In this document: positions 16,892 through 26,449 of the stretch, piece by piece
How the letters are laid out: every line of letters starts with the position of its first letter
How positions within the stretch are numbered: position 1 is the stretch's first letter
NCBI GenBank assembly: GCA_043747615.1
Contig: JAYTOU010000035.1
Coordinates: 1-64,000 of the forward strand
From: Myxococcales bacterium
GTDB lineage: Bacteria; Myxococcota_A; Polyangia; Polyangiales; Polyangiaceae
Length of the DNA stretch: 64,000 nucleotides
Reading direction: 5' to 3'
Notes under the pieces: model-generated
Seen by the model: only the letters and a program-made list of their open reading frames with translations
What the model was told of the DNA's origin: nothing
Databases searched by the model: none
Made by a program: the position numbers and the translations under genes

Positions 16892-18052
16892 CTATTTTGC
16901 GATCACCGTCGGGCATCCGGCGATGACGCGGACGTCGAGCACGTCGCCAGACATCACGCGGTCGCAGACTGATCCCGTCAGAGTGACCGTCGATCCATCG
17001 AGAACCCAGCCGTTCGTCGGGTCGCTCGGAACCGCCACGTCGTCGAGGTAAACGTTCACGTGGCTGGGATCGGCTGGCGGCGAGCCGAGCGTCAAAACGC
17101 AGGTCGCCGTGATCTTTGCCGCCACCTTGGCGAGCGCCGAGGCGAACGCCGCCGCATCCGCCGAATCCACGTTGTAGTAGCGCGGTGAACCGCTGCGCGC
17201 GGTGCCGCCGGCGACCGCGAGTGCATCGAGGAGCCCGGCGTAAGGGCCGCTCCCCGGCACGCCGATGACGAACGTCGGAACGCCCGCGGCGCTGAGGTCT
17301 GTGACCGCACTGATGGTTGCATTCCCGTCGAGGCACGCGGTCGGACCATACATGGCCAGGTCACAGCAGCTCGATCCGCTCGGGGAGCACCCGACCGCGG
17401 ACTCGATGTTCGGAATGCACGTGCTCGCGCCGCACGTCATGGTCTGGTTGCAGTTCGGCCCGCCGTCGGTCGCGAGGATCGCGAAGGTCTTTCCAGGAAG
17501 CGCGGACAAGCGCGGGGTGAGCGCGCGAATCGTACGTGCGGTGGGCGTTCCACCCGAGGCGACCACGTTGGTGGCGGTAACGAAGCCCATGCTGGTGGGG
17601 CCGGGGCTGCCCGCGGGCGAATCTCCACGTTGCGGCGGGAACACCTCCACGCCCGGATCGCACGAGGCTCCCTGCGGATTGGGAAACACGGCCGCCCCAA
17701 AGTTGGCGCGCGGGCCGAGCTTGACCAGCGTCTTGGCGACCACCGTACGAACCGTCGACCACTTGCCCTGGTCGTTCATGCTCCCCGAGCGATCGAGGAT
17801 GAAGTAGAGGTTCGGCGCGTCGCCGAGGAGGGAAAGCTCGAGGCACCCGCATGGCCCGCCGTCGGCGCCGTACTGACAATGTGGGGTCTCTTTCGAGTCC
17901 GCGAAAGCGGGTCCATCTCCGCCGCCGTCGCCACTGTCAGCCTCGTCGTCGCCAAGATTCGGGAATTGACTGCGCTTGCTCCCGCAGGCTGCGAACACGA
18001 GCGCGAGCGCCGCCAGGACGACGCCAACATTCAACCCTCGCCAAGGATGCAC
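16892..18052 (-). CDS. Cys-rich VWA-domain lipoprotein
   Basis: Lipobox FAAC; MIDAS elements DRSGSM, GGTPT, ATDGGPNC. Confidence 0.85.
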   Translation of the reverse strand: MHPWRGLNVGVVLAALALVFAACGSKRSQFPNLGDDEADSGDGGGDGPAFADSKETPHCQYGADGGPCGCLELSLLGDAPNLYFILDRSGSMNDQGKWSTVRTVVAKTLVKLGPRANFGAAVFPNPQGASCDPGVEVFPPQRGDSPAGSPGPTSMGFVTATNVVASGGTPTARTIRALTPRLSALPGKTFAILATDGGPNCNQTMTCGASTCIPNIESAVGCSPSGSSCCDLAMYGPTACLDGNATISAVTDLSAAGVPTFVIGVPGSGPYAGLLDALAVAGGTARSGSPRYYNVDSADAAAFASALAKVAAKITATCVLTLGSPPADPSHVNVYLDDVAVPSDPTNGWVLDGSTVTLTGSVCDRVMSGDVLDVRVIAGCPTVIAK

Positions 18053-18081
18053 ACCTACAGGCTAGCATTCAGGTGGTGGGA

Positions 18082-21048
18082 ATGGACGCGCGGGGAAAAC
18101 AAGGCCTCTGGCCGCGCGTGGCGGCGGTGATCGTGCTGATCTTCTGCGCGCTCGTAATCGCCGGAGTCCCGGGCGCGCGCCTCGTCCCCCTGGTGTTCGA
18201 GCGCGTTGCGCCGCCGCTCCCGGATGAAATTCGTGATCGCGATGCCTCGCTCGACGTCATGGCTCGATCGTCCGACGGCTCACGCCTTGCGGGAGTCATG
18301 GTGCGGGCCATCGCCATCCTCGAAGGACGGGCTCACCTCGCCGCCGAAGGAGTCACCGATGCCTCGGGCAGCGTGACCCTCTCCCGCTTGCCCCGCGCCG
18401 AGCATTGGATCACCGCAGAGCTCGACGGGCGTGCGCGCGCATCGACGGCGGTCGCCCTCGGCTCGGGGCAGCGCCAAATCGAGATGCAGCTCGAGTCGGA
18501 GCATCGGCTCGCCGTGGAGGTGAAAGACGAAAAAGGCAAAGCCGTCGGCGGCGCGGAGATCGAGGTTGCTGGACGGGATCCGCTTCCCCTCGGCGCACGC
18601 ACCGATCCGGCTGGAAACGCGACGGTTCATCGCTTGGGGAGGGGTCCGTACATCGTCGTCGCACGTGCACCAGGCCTCGAAGAAGTGACCCAGCACGGAG
18701 TGCTCGAAAGCAGCGTCGCGCGGATCGTTCTTCGGCACCTGGGTGTGATCGTGGTGCACGTCGTCGACGCGGCGGGAGCGCCCGCGCCCAAAGCGCACGT
18801 GCAGATCGCAGGGGCAACGCTTTGGCCTCCGCGCGCCGCCGACACCGATGAGGCGGGCACCGTGCGGATCGCAGCGCTCCCGACCGGCAACTACGCCATG
18901 CGCGCGGTGCTTCGCGACGAGCTCTCACCCATCGAATTCGACGTACCGATCAAAGGGAGCGAAGAAAAAGAAATAACCCTTCATCTCGAAGTTGGCCAAA
19001 GCGTCGCCCTCCGAGTGAGCGAGGGCGAAGCCGGCGGATTGATCGCCGATGGCCTTGAAAACAAGGCGATTCCGGGGGCACGTGTTTCGCTCGCCGAAGG
19101 TGGGGTCTCTCCTTTTCCCCTCGAAGGGGTGAGCGATCGTGACGGACGCGTGCGCCTCGGTCCGGTGTTTCGCGGTCCGTCGACGGTGTCCGCGCGGGCG
19201 GATGGGTTCGTGGCGCGTGGCGGGATTCCGATTCCCCAGCCGCTCCCGAAAGAGCTCGCGCTCCACCTCGCGCGCGCCGGAGTGCTCACCGGGCACGTCG
19301 TGGACAAGCGCGGCTTCGCGGTGGACGGCGCGAGCATCGAGGTTGTAGGCACCGATTTCTACGGCGCTCCGATCGATGACGATCCCCGTCGCTCTCGATT
19401 TCGCGAAGCGCATTTCGCGTCCGCCCTCGGCGGGCCTGCGCCGCTCGTCTCTGCCGGGGAGCTTGGGGTGGTACCCGGACCTGTCCCCCCCATTCCGCGT
19501 TCGTTCGATCCGCCGCCGAGCGCCACGGCAGGCGGGGGGCGCACCCTCGAAGAACCGTGGGTCACCCGAAACGACGGTACCTTTCGCGCATCCCCGGTGT
19601 CACCGGGTCGGGTGCGCGCGCTCGTCCGCCATCCGCAGTTCGTCGAGGCCATCAGCGACGTGGTCACGATTTCTTCCGGAGGGGAAGCGCACGTCGAGGT
19701 GGTGATGCAGGCCGGTGGCGCGCTGGAGGGTGTGGTGGTGGAGGGTGACGGTCGCCCGGTAGCAGGAGCGCGCGTCCTTCTCGCAGCCACGCGCGGAGCA
19801 ATGGAGCACACGGCACGCACGGCTTCGGACGGGACATTTGCTTTCGCCTCCGTTCCCGACGTCGTCACGATCTCGGTGACCACGGACGACGATCTGAGCG
19901 CCGTTCGCGCGCGGGTCACAGTCGTCATTCCGGACGGATCTCGCAAAACGATCACCGTCACTCTCTCCGCTCCGCGCCCGGCCTTGCCGGTCGTCGTGAA
20001 GGATGATCGCGGCTACCCCGTCGACGCGGCGCAGCTCTCCGTCTCTTCGCTCGATCCGTCATCTCCCCTTCGCACAACGGTGTACACGAACGCGCGCGGT
20101 GAAGCGTCTATCGTCGGCGCGCAGGGAATTTCACTGCGAATCGAAGTGCTTTCGCCGAACCACGCGCCCGCCGCGATCACCGTCGAGCCCTCCGCCACGT
20201 CGATCTCGATCTCGCTCGGTCGCGCCGAGACGGCGACGGGGGAGGTGCGCTCGACCCGCGGAGAAGCCATCGCCGATGCGGAGGTGGTGCTCTACACGGA
20301 GCTCGGCGCCAAGCGCGCGAAGACCGACGCCGGGGGACGTTTCTCGATCGCCGGACTCGCCACCGGAACTGCGCGCATGAGGGTTCGCGCCCCGGGGTTC
20401 GCTCCCGCCTTCCGGGATGTGGCGATCAATCCTCAAGCGAGAACCGGGCCGGTGTCCCTCGCGCGCGTCGAGCTTCCCAGGGAGGGCGTAGTCCAGGGAA
20501 CGGTCGTCGACGAACGCGGAAATCCCGTGCAAGGTGCACGTATCGCCCGTGACCGCGCTCCCTCCTATCTCGCTGCGGGGCCAATCCAAGCGGGCATGGC
20601 GATCAGCGACGCGCACGGCCGCTTTCGCCTAATGGAGCTTCCCGAAGGCTCGCTCGCCTTCGAAGCCTTTGCGCCGGACATCGGAAGGGGACGCATCGAA
20701 GGGGTCCGCGTCGTCGCCGGCCGCTCGACCGACGACACCCGCATTACCCTGAAGCGTGCCGAGGAGAAGATCCCGGAGCTGCCCAGCTCGGGCGGCGTCG
20801 CCGTCACCCTGGGCGAGACGAACGCCGACGAGGTCGTGCTCGTGGCGGTCAGCGAGGCGAGCGCAGCCGAACGCGCCGGCCTTGCCCCTGGCGACGTCGT
20901 GCTCGAGATCGACACCCACCCCGTTCGCACCATCGCCGAAGCCCGCCAGGGCCTTACGGGCCCGGTGAGCGACGACGTAATCGTGAAGCTCCGTCGCGCC
21001 GAAAAAGCCCTGACGCTTCGCGTCCCGCGTGAGCAGGTTCGGCGCTAG
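18082..21048 (+). CDS. carboxypeptidase-regulatory-like (beta-sandwich) repeat protein with C-terminal PDZ domain
   Basis: Repeated V.D..G.P..GA.V and TD..G.F units; SAAERAGLAPGDVVLEID PDZ motif; N-terminal TM. Confidence 0.8.
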   Translation: MDARGKQGLWPRVAAVIVLIFCALVIAGVPGARLVPLVFERVAPPLPDEIRDRDASLDVMARSSDGSRLAGVMVRAIAILEGRAHLAAEGVTDASGSVTLSRLPRAEHWITAELDGRARASTAVALGSGQRQIEMQLESEHRLAVEVKDEKGKAVGGAEIEVAGRDPLPLGARTDPAGNATVHRLGRGPYIVVARAPGLEEVTQHGVLESSVARIVLRHLGVIVVHVVDAAGAPAPKAHVQIAGATLWPPRAADTDEAGTVRIAALPTGNYAMRAVLRDELSPIEFDVPIKGSEEKEITLHLEVGQSVALRVSEGEAGGLIADGLENKAIPGARVSLAEGGVSPFPLEGVSDRDGRVRLGPVFRGPSTVSARADGFVARGGIPIPQPLPKELALHLARAGVLTGHVVDKRGFAVDGASIEVVGTDFYGAPIDDDPRRSRFREAHFASALGGPAPLVSAGELGVVPGPVPPIPRSFDPPPSATAGGGRTLEEPWVTRNDGTFRASPVSPGRVRALVRHPQFVEAISDVVTISSGGEAHVEVVMQAGGALEGVVVEGDGRPVAGARVLLAATRGAMEHTARTASDGTFAFASVPDVVTISVTTDDDLSAVRARVTVVIPDGSRKTITVTLSAPRPALPVVVKDDRGYPVDAAQLSVSSLDPSSPLRTTVYTNARGEASIVGAQGISLRIEVLSPNHAPAAITVEPSATSISISLGRAETATGEVRSTRGEAIADAEVVLYTELGAKRAKTDAGGRFSIAGLATGTARMRVRAPGFAPAFRDVAINPQARTGPVSLARVELPREGVVQGTVVDERGNPVQGARIARDRAPSYLAAGPIQAGMAISDAHGRFRLMELPEGSLAFEAFAPDIGRGRIEGVRVVAGRSTDDTRITLKRAEEKIPELPSSGGVAVTLGETNADEVVLVAVSEASAAERAGLAPGDVVLEIDTHPVRTIAEARQGLTGPVSDDVIVKLRRAEKALTLRVPREQVRR

Positions 21049-21067
21049 GTCACCTTCAGGGCCTCAG

Positions 21068-21439
21068 TCACTGCTCCTTGAGAAACGTGACGGCTTTTCC
21101 CTCGAGCACCTTCCACTTGAGCGAATCGTCGGTGAGAACGCTCAAGGTCTGCTCGTCGGCGGCGCCGTCGGCGTCGGTGACGATGACCACGGACGTCTTG
21201 TCGGAGCGCACCACTTTGTACTTCGAGCTCTGCTTCTCGCGTGTCGTGCGAACGGAGACCGTCTCTCCTTTAAAGTCGAGCTCCATCTGCACCGCGAAAG
21301 CGTTGGCGGCGGCCTGCACGTCGGGGGAGACGCCCTCGGCCTTCGAGCCACGCCAGTGCCCCTCGAGCCGCGCTTGTGGGGACTTCTTGCAGCCCCCGAG
21401 CGCGAGGCCGAAACCGAGGAGTACAATCCAAGATCGCAT
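21068..21439 (-). CDS. small lipoprotein (lipocalin-like)
   Basis: Lipobox LGGC; RLEGHW motif. Confidence 0.7.
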   Translation of the reverse strand: MRSWIVLLGFGLALGGCKKSPQARLEGHWRGSKAEGVSPDVQAAANAFAVQMELDFKGETVSVRTTREKQSSKYKVVRSDKTSVVIVTDADGAADEQTLSVLTDDSLKWKVLEGKAVTFLKEQ

Positions 21440-21450
21440 CGCCGGCAAGT

Positions 21451-21906
21451 CTACGTCGGAATGCGGATGGGGGCGAGATTCTGCTCACCGGCGGCCATGA
21501 TGGCGAGCACGTCTTCGGGAATTCGCTGGAGGCTATGAGTCGCATCCACGCAGGCCAGCCGCGTGAATCCCTCTGCGAGGAGCGTTTCTTCGCGAAGGAG
21601 GCGCACCTCGAAGCGAAGCGACACCGAGCGCACGAGCGCGAGCCGCGTCTCCACGATCAGCTCGTCGTCGAAGCGCGCGGGCGCGCGGTAGGTGAAGCCT
21701 GTTTCGATCACCGGGAGAAAGATTCCGCGCTTCGTCCAATCGGCGTGGGTCACACCCCGTCGACGCAGCCACTCGACGCGCCCCGCCTCCGCGTAGATTA
21801 AGTAGTTCGCGTGATGGACGATCCCCATCAGGTCGGTCTCACAAAACCGAACTCTCACCGTCACCCGGGTGCTGCTCTTCTCCGGTGAGAGCGGCGGCGA
21901 AAGCAT
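21451..21906 (-). CDS. YbgC/FadM-family acyl-CoA thioesterase
   Basis: VRVRFCETDLMGIVHHANYLIYAEAGR, YRAPARFDD; ATG overlaps the upstream TGA. Confidence 0.92.
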   Translation of the reverse strand: MLSPPLSPEKSSTRVTVRVRFCETDLMGIVHHANYLIYAEAGRVEWLRRRGVTHADWTKRGIFLPVIETGFTYRAPARFDDELIVETRLALVRSVSLRFEVRLLREETLLAEGFTRLACVDATHSLQRIPEDVLAIMAAGEQNLAPIRIPT

Positions 21907-23030
21907 CAATCCGGGAACGCGAACCAGCGACGAGGAAAGGGGAGCAAGATGGACTGCGCCGTGGCGGGCGGCAGAATTCCGTCCTTGTCCTTGCCGCTGC
22001 TGAGCGGTCCGAAGCCGCAGGTTCGAGGCGAGACGCTGAACGCGCCGCCCGACGCCGCCCCGCAGACGCCCGTGTCTCCAGCCATCGCGAAGAAGGAGAG
22101 CCCATCGCAGACGCCCGACTGGCACGCGCCGTTGCTGCTGCAGACGGCACCTTCGTCGAGCGTCACCGCGCACGTGTTCGTCTTGAGACAGTACGAGCCC
22201 TGCGCGCACGCTCCCTGGCTCGCTCGGCAATCGCCGCCAACATCGGGGATCGCCGCGCACTTCATGGCGGTGGTGTCGCAATACATCGATGAGGGATCGC
22301 ACGTATCGCCGGCCTGCACGCCGCAGGCGTCCCCGACATTGCCGTAAGCGACGCAGGTGCCCGCGCCGGCGCTCCCCATGTTGGGCTTGCAGAAGCCTGT
22401 GGCGGTCTCGCACTGCGTCTGGTTGAAGTTGGTGGCCATGACCGGACCGGAGCCGCCCGAGACCGTGCATGCCGTGCCCGGAGGCGCATGCTGCTTCACC
22501 TGGAAGCAAACGTTCACCGCTGCCGCGGCGCCCTTGGCTGCGGGGTCGGCCTGACAAAGCGTACCGATGTCGACGGTAGCTGCCGCGCACTCTGCGGGAT
22601 CGAGGCACGCCTCGCCGGCCTTCACGGTGCCCTTGAACACCGGGAAACAGGCGGCGGCGATGGCATCGATGAAACCCATGCTGGCTTGGGGCTTTCCTCC
22701 GTCATCCGAGCAAGCGGTCTCACGCTTCTTGAAGGCAGCGGCGCAGGCCACCGCGGCGTTCGCGTCGTAGATCACCTTTCCGTGCTTCACGACGTCCGCC
22801 ACGCCCTGGAAGTTGTTCCCGAGCTGCGCATCGCACGACGTTGCGTCGTACTTGAATTTGCCCGCGTCGCAGCAGCTCTTGAGAGCGTCGCAAAAGGCCG
22901 TGGCGATGGCACTTGCGTAGTGTGACGGGTCGGGCGGACCGCTGGCTTTGGTGGAGGACGAGCAACCTGCTCCCGCCACGAATGCGGTCGAGAGCGCGAT
23001 CACGCAGCCGAGCGCGAATGCCTTAGCCAT
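21906..23030 (-). CDS. cysteine-rich lipoprotein
   Basis: Lipobox AGAGC; many short repeated Cys modules (G..C......C.....YC......C). Confidence 0.75.
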   Translation of the reverse strand: MAKAFALGCVIALSTAFVAGAGCSSSTKASGPPDPSHYASAIATAFCDALKSCCDAGKFKYDATSCDAQLGNNFQGVADVVKHGKVIYDANAAVACAAAFKKRETACSDDGGKPQASMGFIDAIAAACFPVFKGTVKAGEACLDPAECAAATVDIGTLCQADPAAKGAAAAVNVCFQVKQHAPPGTACTVSGGSGPVMATNFNQTQCETATGFCKPNMGSAGAGTCVAYGNVGDACGVQAGDTCDPSSMYCDTTAMKCAAIPDVGGDCRASQGACAQGSYCLKTNTCAVTLDEGAVCSSNGACQSGVCDGLSFFAMAGDTGVCGAASGGAFSVSPRTCGFGPLSSGKDKDGILPPATAQSILLPFPRRWFAFPD

Positions 23031-23097
23031 CACTGAATTTTTCAACGGAGCACCCCTCGCGGTCGTGTTTAGGCGCTCGTCATACTACGTTTCCTTC

Positions 23098-23613
23098 GTG
23101 GCGGAGAAACGTCGTTTGCCCGTGATCGCAACGCCTACGTCGGAGGACGACGAAGACCCGCGCCCTCCGTGGCACTGGGTCGGCTTCGGTACCGCAGTGA
23201 TTTTCGGCGCGTGGCTTCCCCTCGCGTATGCAACGGAAGTGCTGAAAAAGAAGGTGATTGCGGCGTTCTTCGGTCCGATGAGCGAGGACCGCATCGGTTC
23301 AGCTCTTCTCGCGCTCTCAGCCGGCGACCGGACGCGACTCGAAGCGATCCTCATGGGGCTCACGGTTGTCGGGCTCGCGGGCGGGGCGTTCGCAGGGGGC
23401 TACTTGGTCGGTCGTTGGGGCGGTGCGGGTGTCGGTGTTCGCGAGGCCGCGCTCTCCGGTCTCATGGCCGGCATCATCGTCAGCACGCTCGCCTTCGGCG
23501 CAGGCGGAAGCCTGGTGGCGCTTGCTGCGGGTGCTGCCGGAGCCACGTTTCTCCTCACGGTGTTCGCGGGGATCGGCGGGCGGGTGGGGGGGAAGCGTCG
23601 TTTACCGCGTTGA
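23098..23613 (+). CDS. hypothetical membrane protein
   Basis: RPPWHWVGFG followed by about four Gly/Ala-rich TM helices; GTG start inferred. Confidence 0.7.
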   Translation: MAEKRRLPVIATPTSEDDEDPRPPWHWVGFGTAVIFGAWLPLAYATEVLKKKVIAAFFGPMSEDRIGSALLALSAGDRTRLEAILMGLTVVGLAGGAFAGGYLVGRWGGAGVGVREAALSGLMAGIIVSTLAFGAGGSLVALAAGAAGATFLLTVFAGIGGRVGGKRRLPR

Positions 23614-23698
23614 GCTGAGGCACGCGGTGAAGCGGTCACTGCGGCTTCGTGCTGAGCCACGCGGTCGAGAAGCTCAATATGTGCTATCGCCACGCGCG

Positions 23699-24304
23699 AT
23701 GCTCGGCCTTCAGGTAGCAACCGATCCGGCGTGGGCCGCGCAGGCGGTCTTGGAGCTCGACGAGGTCCTCATCGATCACGCGCACTGCGAGATGAAGGCT
23801 GCGGCGAACGCGCTCTCACTGGTCGCGCGGCACCCCGACGACCTCGGTCTCGTCCGCGCCCTGACCGACGTTGCCCGTGAAGAGATCGAGCATTTTCAGC
23901 GCGTGGTCGAGTTCCTCGCGCGGCGTGGTCTCAAGCTCGGGCATCCGCCGGTCGACACGTACGCGGCAGATTTGCGGCGTGCGGCGGCGAGCCATCCGGC
24001 GGGGCATCTCGTGCCGCCCGTCGTCGATCGCTTGCTGGTGTGCGCGCTCATCGAAGCCCGCTCGTGCGAGCGCTTCAAGCTTCTGGCCGGGGCGGGAATC
24101 TCCGATCCCGAGATGCATGCATTTTACATGGATCTCTTTGCCGCGGAAGCCAAGCACTACCGCACCTTCGTGGATCTCGCGATCGTCGCCGCGTCCGGAG
24201 ACAGCGTCATGGTCGAAGCTCGCCTTCTCGTCTTGAGCACCCTCGAAGGGGCCATCGTCCAGCAGCTCGCCGGTCGCGAGAGGCGCGGCTCGATCCACGG
24301 CTGA
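23699..24304 (+). CDS. miaE: tRNA-(ms2io6A)-hydroxylase (di-iron)
   Basis: LIDHAHCEMKAA, AREEIEHF, LIEARSCERF, EAKHY. Confidence 0.93.
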   Translation: MLGLQVATDPAWAAQAVLELDEVLIDHAHCEMKAAANALSLVARHPDDLGLVRALTDVAREEIEHFQRVVEFLARRGLKLGHPPVDTYAADLRRAAASHPAGHLVPPVVDRLLVCALIEARSCERFKLLAGAGISDPEMHAFYMDLFAAEAKHYRTFVDLAIVAASGDSVMVEARLLVLSTLEGAIVQQLAGRERRGSIHG

Positions 24305-24308
24305 CGAC

Positions 24309-25679
24309 ATGGAGGCCAAGGTCATCGTTCAAGACTTGGTGTCGCTCGACCGAGACATCGCCCGGGCTCATGCTGCCCAGAAATCGTGGAAGCGCGCGCT
24401 CGCCGTCGATCCCGAGGTCAACGCCGAACGCTATCCGCTCGAGAACTTTCGGCATGTCGCAGCCAAGTCGGTCTACGACGCGCTCGGGGAGCTCTCTCCG
24501 GTCGCCCTCGATCTTCCCTGGCGTGATGCGCTCCAGCGCTGGGTCGTCGCGCTCCTCCAGGCGCGCCTCTCCCACGATGCCGACGTCGAGGTCGAGCGGG
24601 CGCGCCACGCCAAGACTGCCATCCTCCACCTCGACCCGGTGAAGCACGTGAGCTTCAAGGACTCGTGGCGCGGAGTCGTGGAGGACCGCTCGCGTGCGCG
24701 GGCCATGGCTCATCTCACCGCGGCCTCCGAGGCTGGGGACATCGCCGGCGTCACGCGCGATCGATGCGCGCGACGGATCGAAGTTGCGCGGCGACTGGGC
24801 CTCACCGGCTCACACGCTCTCTTCGTACCCTCCGCGACGGACGGCGTCGCCTTCGCACACGCATTTCTCGCCGCCACCGACGACGTGTGGCTCGCCGTCT
24901 GGCGAGATGCCGCGAAGCGCGCCAATCTTCCCGAGCCCACCTCCCCAGTCGACGCCATCCACCTCGCCATCGCGCGAGAGGCGGGCGAAGGTTGGCCCGC
25001 GCACCTCGCGCCCCGGTGGCTCGCGGAGATGTTCCAGTCCCATCTGAGAGGTATCTCGATCGACCTTCCCGTACTGCCCGCGCCGCTCGGTGCTTCCAGT
25101 TTCTTGCGGGCGCTCGAGGCCTTTGGTCGCGCCTTCCGCGCAGGCGGCGATGCGCGTCCTCTTCCGTTCGCGCTCGCGCGCGATCCTTATTTTACCGATG
25201 AATTCAGGGTCGGTATCGTCTTCGGAGCGCTCGGCTTGAAGCGTGCATTCTACACGCGACAGCTCGGCACCAGCGCCCGCGTCGCGGAGCTCCAGGTGCG
25301 TATGGTGGCCCGCACCGTCCTCGTCGAGGCGCGCCTGCGGGCGATGCGCACCATCCTCACGGACGAGTCGCGTGCCCCCTCGAAGGATCTCTTCGAGGAG
25401 CTGACCCATCGGGTCCTCGGTGCGCCGATGCCGCCTTCGCTGGTCGGCGCTTGGCCGTCTTCGCACGACGATGAGCCCGCGCGGATGGCTGCCCTCGCAA
25501 CCGCGCTCCCCCTCGCGCGCGAGCTCGTGGATCGCTTCGATGACGACTGGTTCCGAAATCCGCGGGCCTTCGAGGCCCTCCGGGCACGCGCCTCACTCGC
25601 CGCGAGAGACGAGTCTCCGAGCATCGACGTGGGGGCAGGGGCGGCGCTCGCTCGCGTGCTCGAAGAGGCCCTCGCGTGA
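24309..25679 (+). CDS. hypothetical protein, M3-peptidase-like fold without HExxH
   Basis: C-terminal LVDRFDDDWFRNPRA recalled from M3-like proteins; the expected HExGH position reads LEAFGRAF. Confidence 0.55.
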   Translation: MEAKVIVQDLVSLDRDIARAHAAQKSWKRALAVDPEVNAERYPLENFRHVAAKSVYDALGELSPVALDLPWRDALQRWVVALLQARLSHDADVEVERARHAKTAILHLDPVKHVSFKDSWRGVVEDRSRARAMAHLTAASEAGDIAGVTRDRCARRIEVARRLGLTGSHALFVPSATDGVAFAHAFLAATDDVWLAVWRDAAKRANLPEPTSPVDAIHLAIAREAGEGWPAHLAPRWLAEMFQSHLRGISIDLPVLPAPLGASSFLRALEAFGRAFRAGGDARPLPFALARDPYFTDEFRVGIVFGALGLKRAFYTRQLGTSARVAELQVRMVARTVLVEARLRAMRTILTDESRAPSKDLFEELTHRVLGAPMPPSLVGAWPSSHDDEPARMAALATALPLARELVDRFDDDWFRNPRAFEALRARASLAARDESPSIDVGAGAALARVLEEALA

Positions 25680-26449
25680 GGAGGCACGGCCTCGCTCTCT
25701 TCGTAATCGCTTTCGCCGGCTGGGGAAGCGCAGTTCTCGCGGGGAATCCTCCGCATCATACGGATCGTCCCGCGTCGCCTCTGCCCTCGCTCCCGAGCAT
25801 CGCGCGCGTGCGCATCGAGGTGGCAAAGGATCATCTCGTCGTCATCGAAGAGATCAATCTCCCGCGCGGAACCTGGGTGTCCGGCGATCTCGACTTCTTC
25901 GTTGCCTTCGGTGCGTCGGGAATGCCTCGCGCCTTCGACGCACACCTGCTGTCGGTTCCCGATGGCTCGCTCGAGCCGAGCTCGGACGACGCCGGTGAGC
26001 CCATCGCGTACGAGTCGGCCTCGCACCGCCCTTCGGTCGCGCACCTCCTTCTTGGCCCTGCACAGATGGCAGGCGCCGTTCTGCACGTGAAGGAGCCCGC
26101 GTTTCGCCGCGCCGTTTCCGAGGGAAATATGGCTGCCATTCGGATCCGCACGCTCCTTCCGCTTCCGGGCGAGGACGCCCAAACCGGGCGCGAGGTGGTC
26201 GTGCGTCTCGGCATCGAGCCTTCGAACCCGCTCGTCGTCGGACGCCTGCAGCTCACGTCGCTCGAATCGACTCTGCGAGTCACCCGGGTCGAAGCGCACT
26301 TGTGCGGAGCAGACGCCGATCCTTATCCGTTGGCCATCGCGCTCGTCCCGAAGGCCGCTTCGACGAAGCTCGCGTCACCAGGTCCGGTCGCCCCCGTCCT
26401 CGCCGTCCGCCACGCATCAGACAGTTTGTGCGTGAGGTTCTGGAACTAG
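25676..26449 (+). CDS. hypothetical secreted protein
   Basis: Signal peptide; GTGA overlap with the upstream stop; host-like codon use. Confidence 0.7.
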   Translation: MRRHGLALFVIAFAGWGSAVLAGNPPHHTDRPASPLPSLPSIARVRIEVAKDHLVVIEEINLPRGTWVSGDLDFFVAFGASGMPRAFDAHLLSVPDGSLEPSSDDAGEPIAYESASHRPSVAHLLLGPAQMAGAVLHVKEPAFRRAVSEGNMAAIRIRTLLPLPGEDAQTGREVVVRLGIEPSNPLVVGRLQLTSLESTLRVTRVEAHLCGADADPYPLAIALVPKAASTKLASPGPVAPVLAVRHASDSLCVRFWN

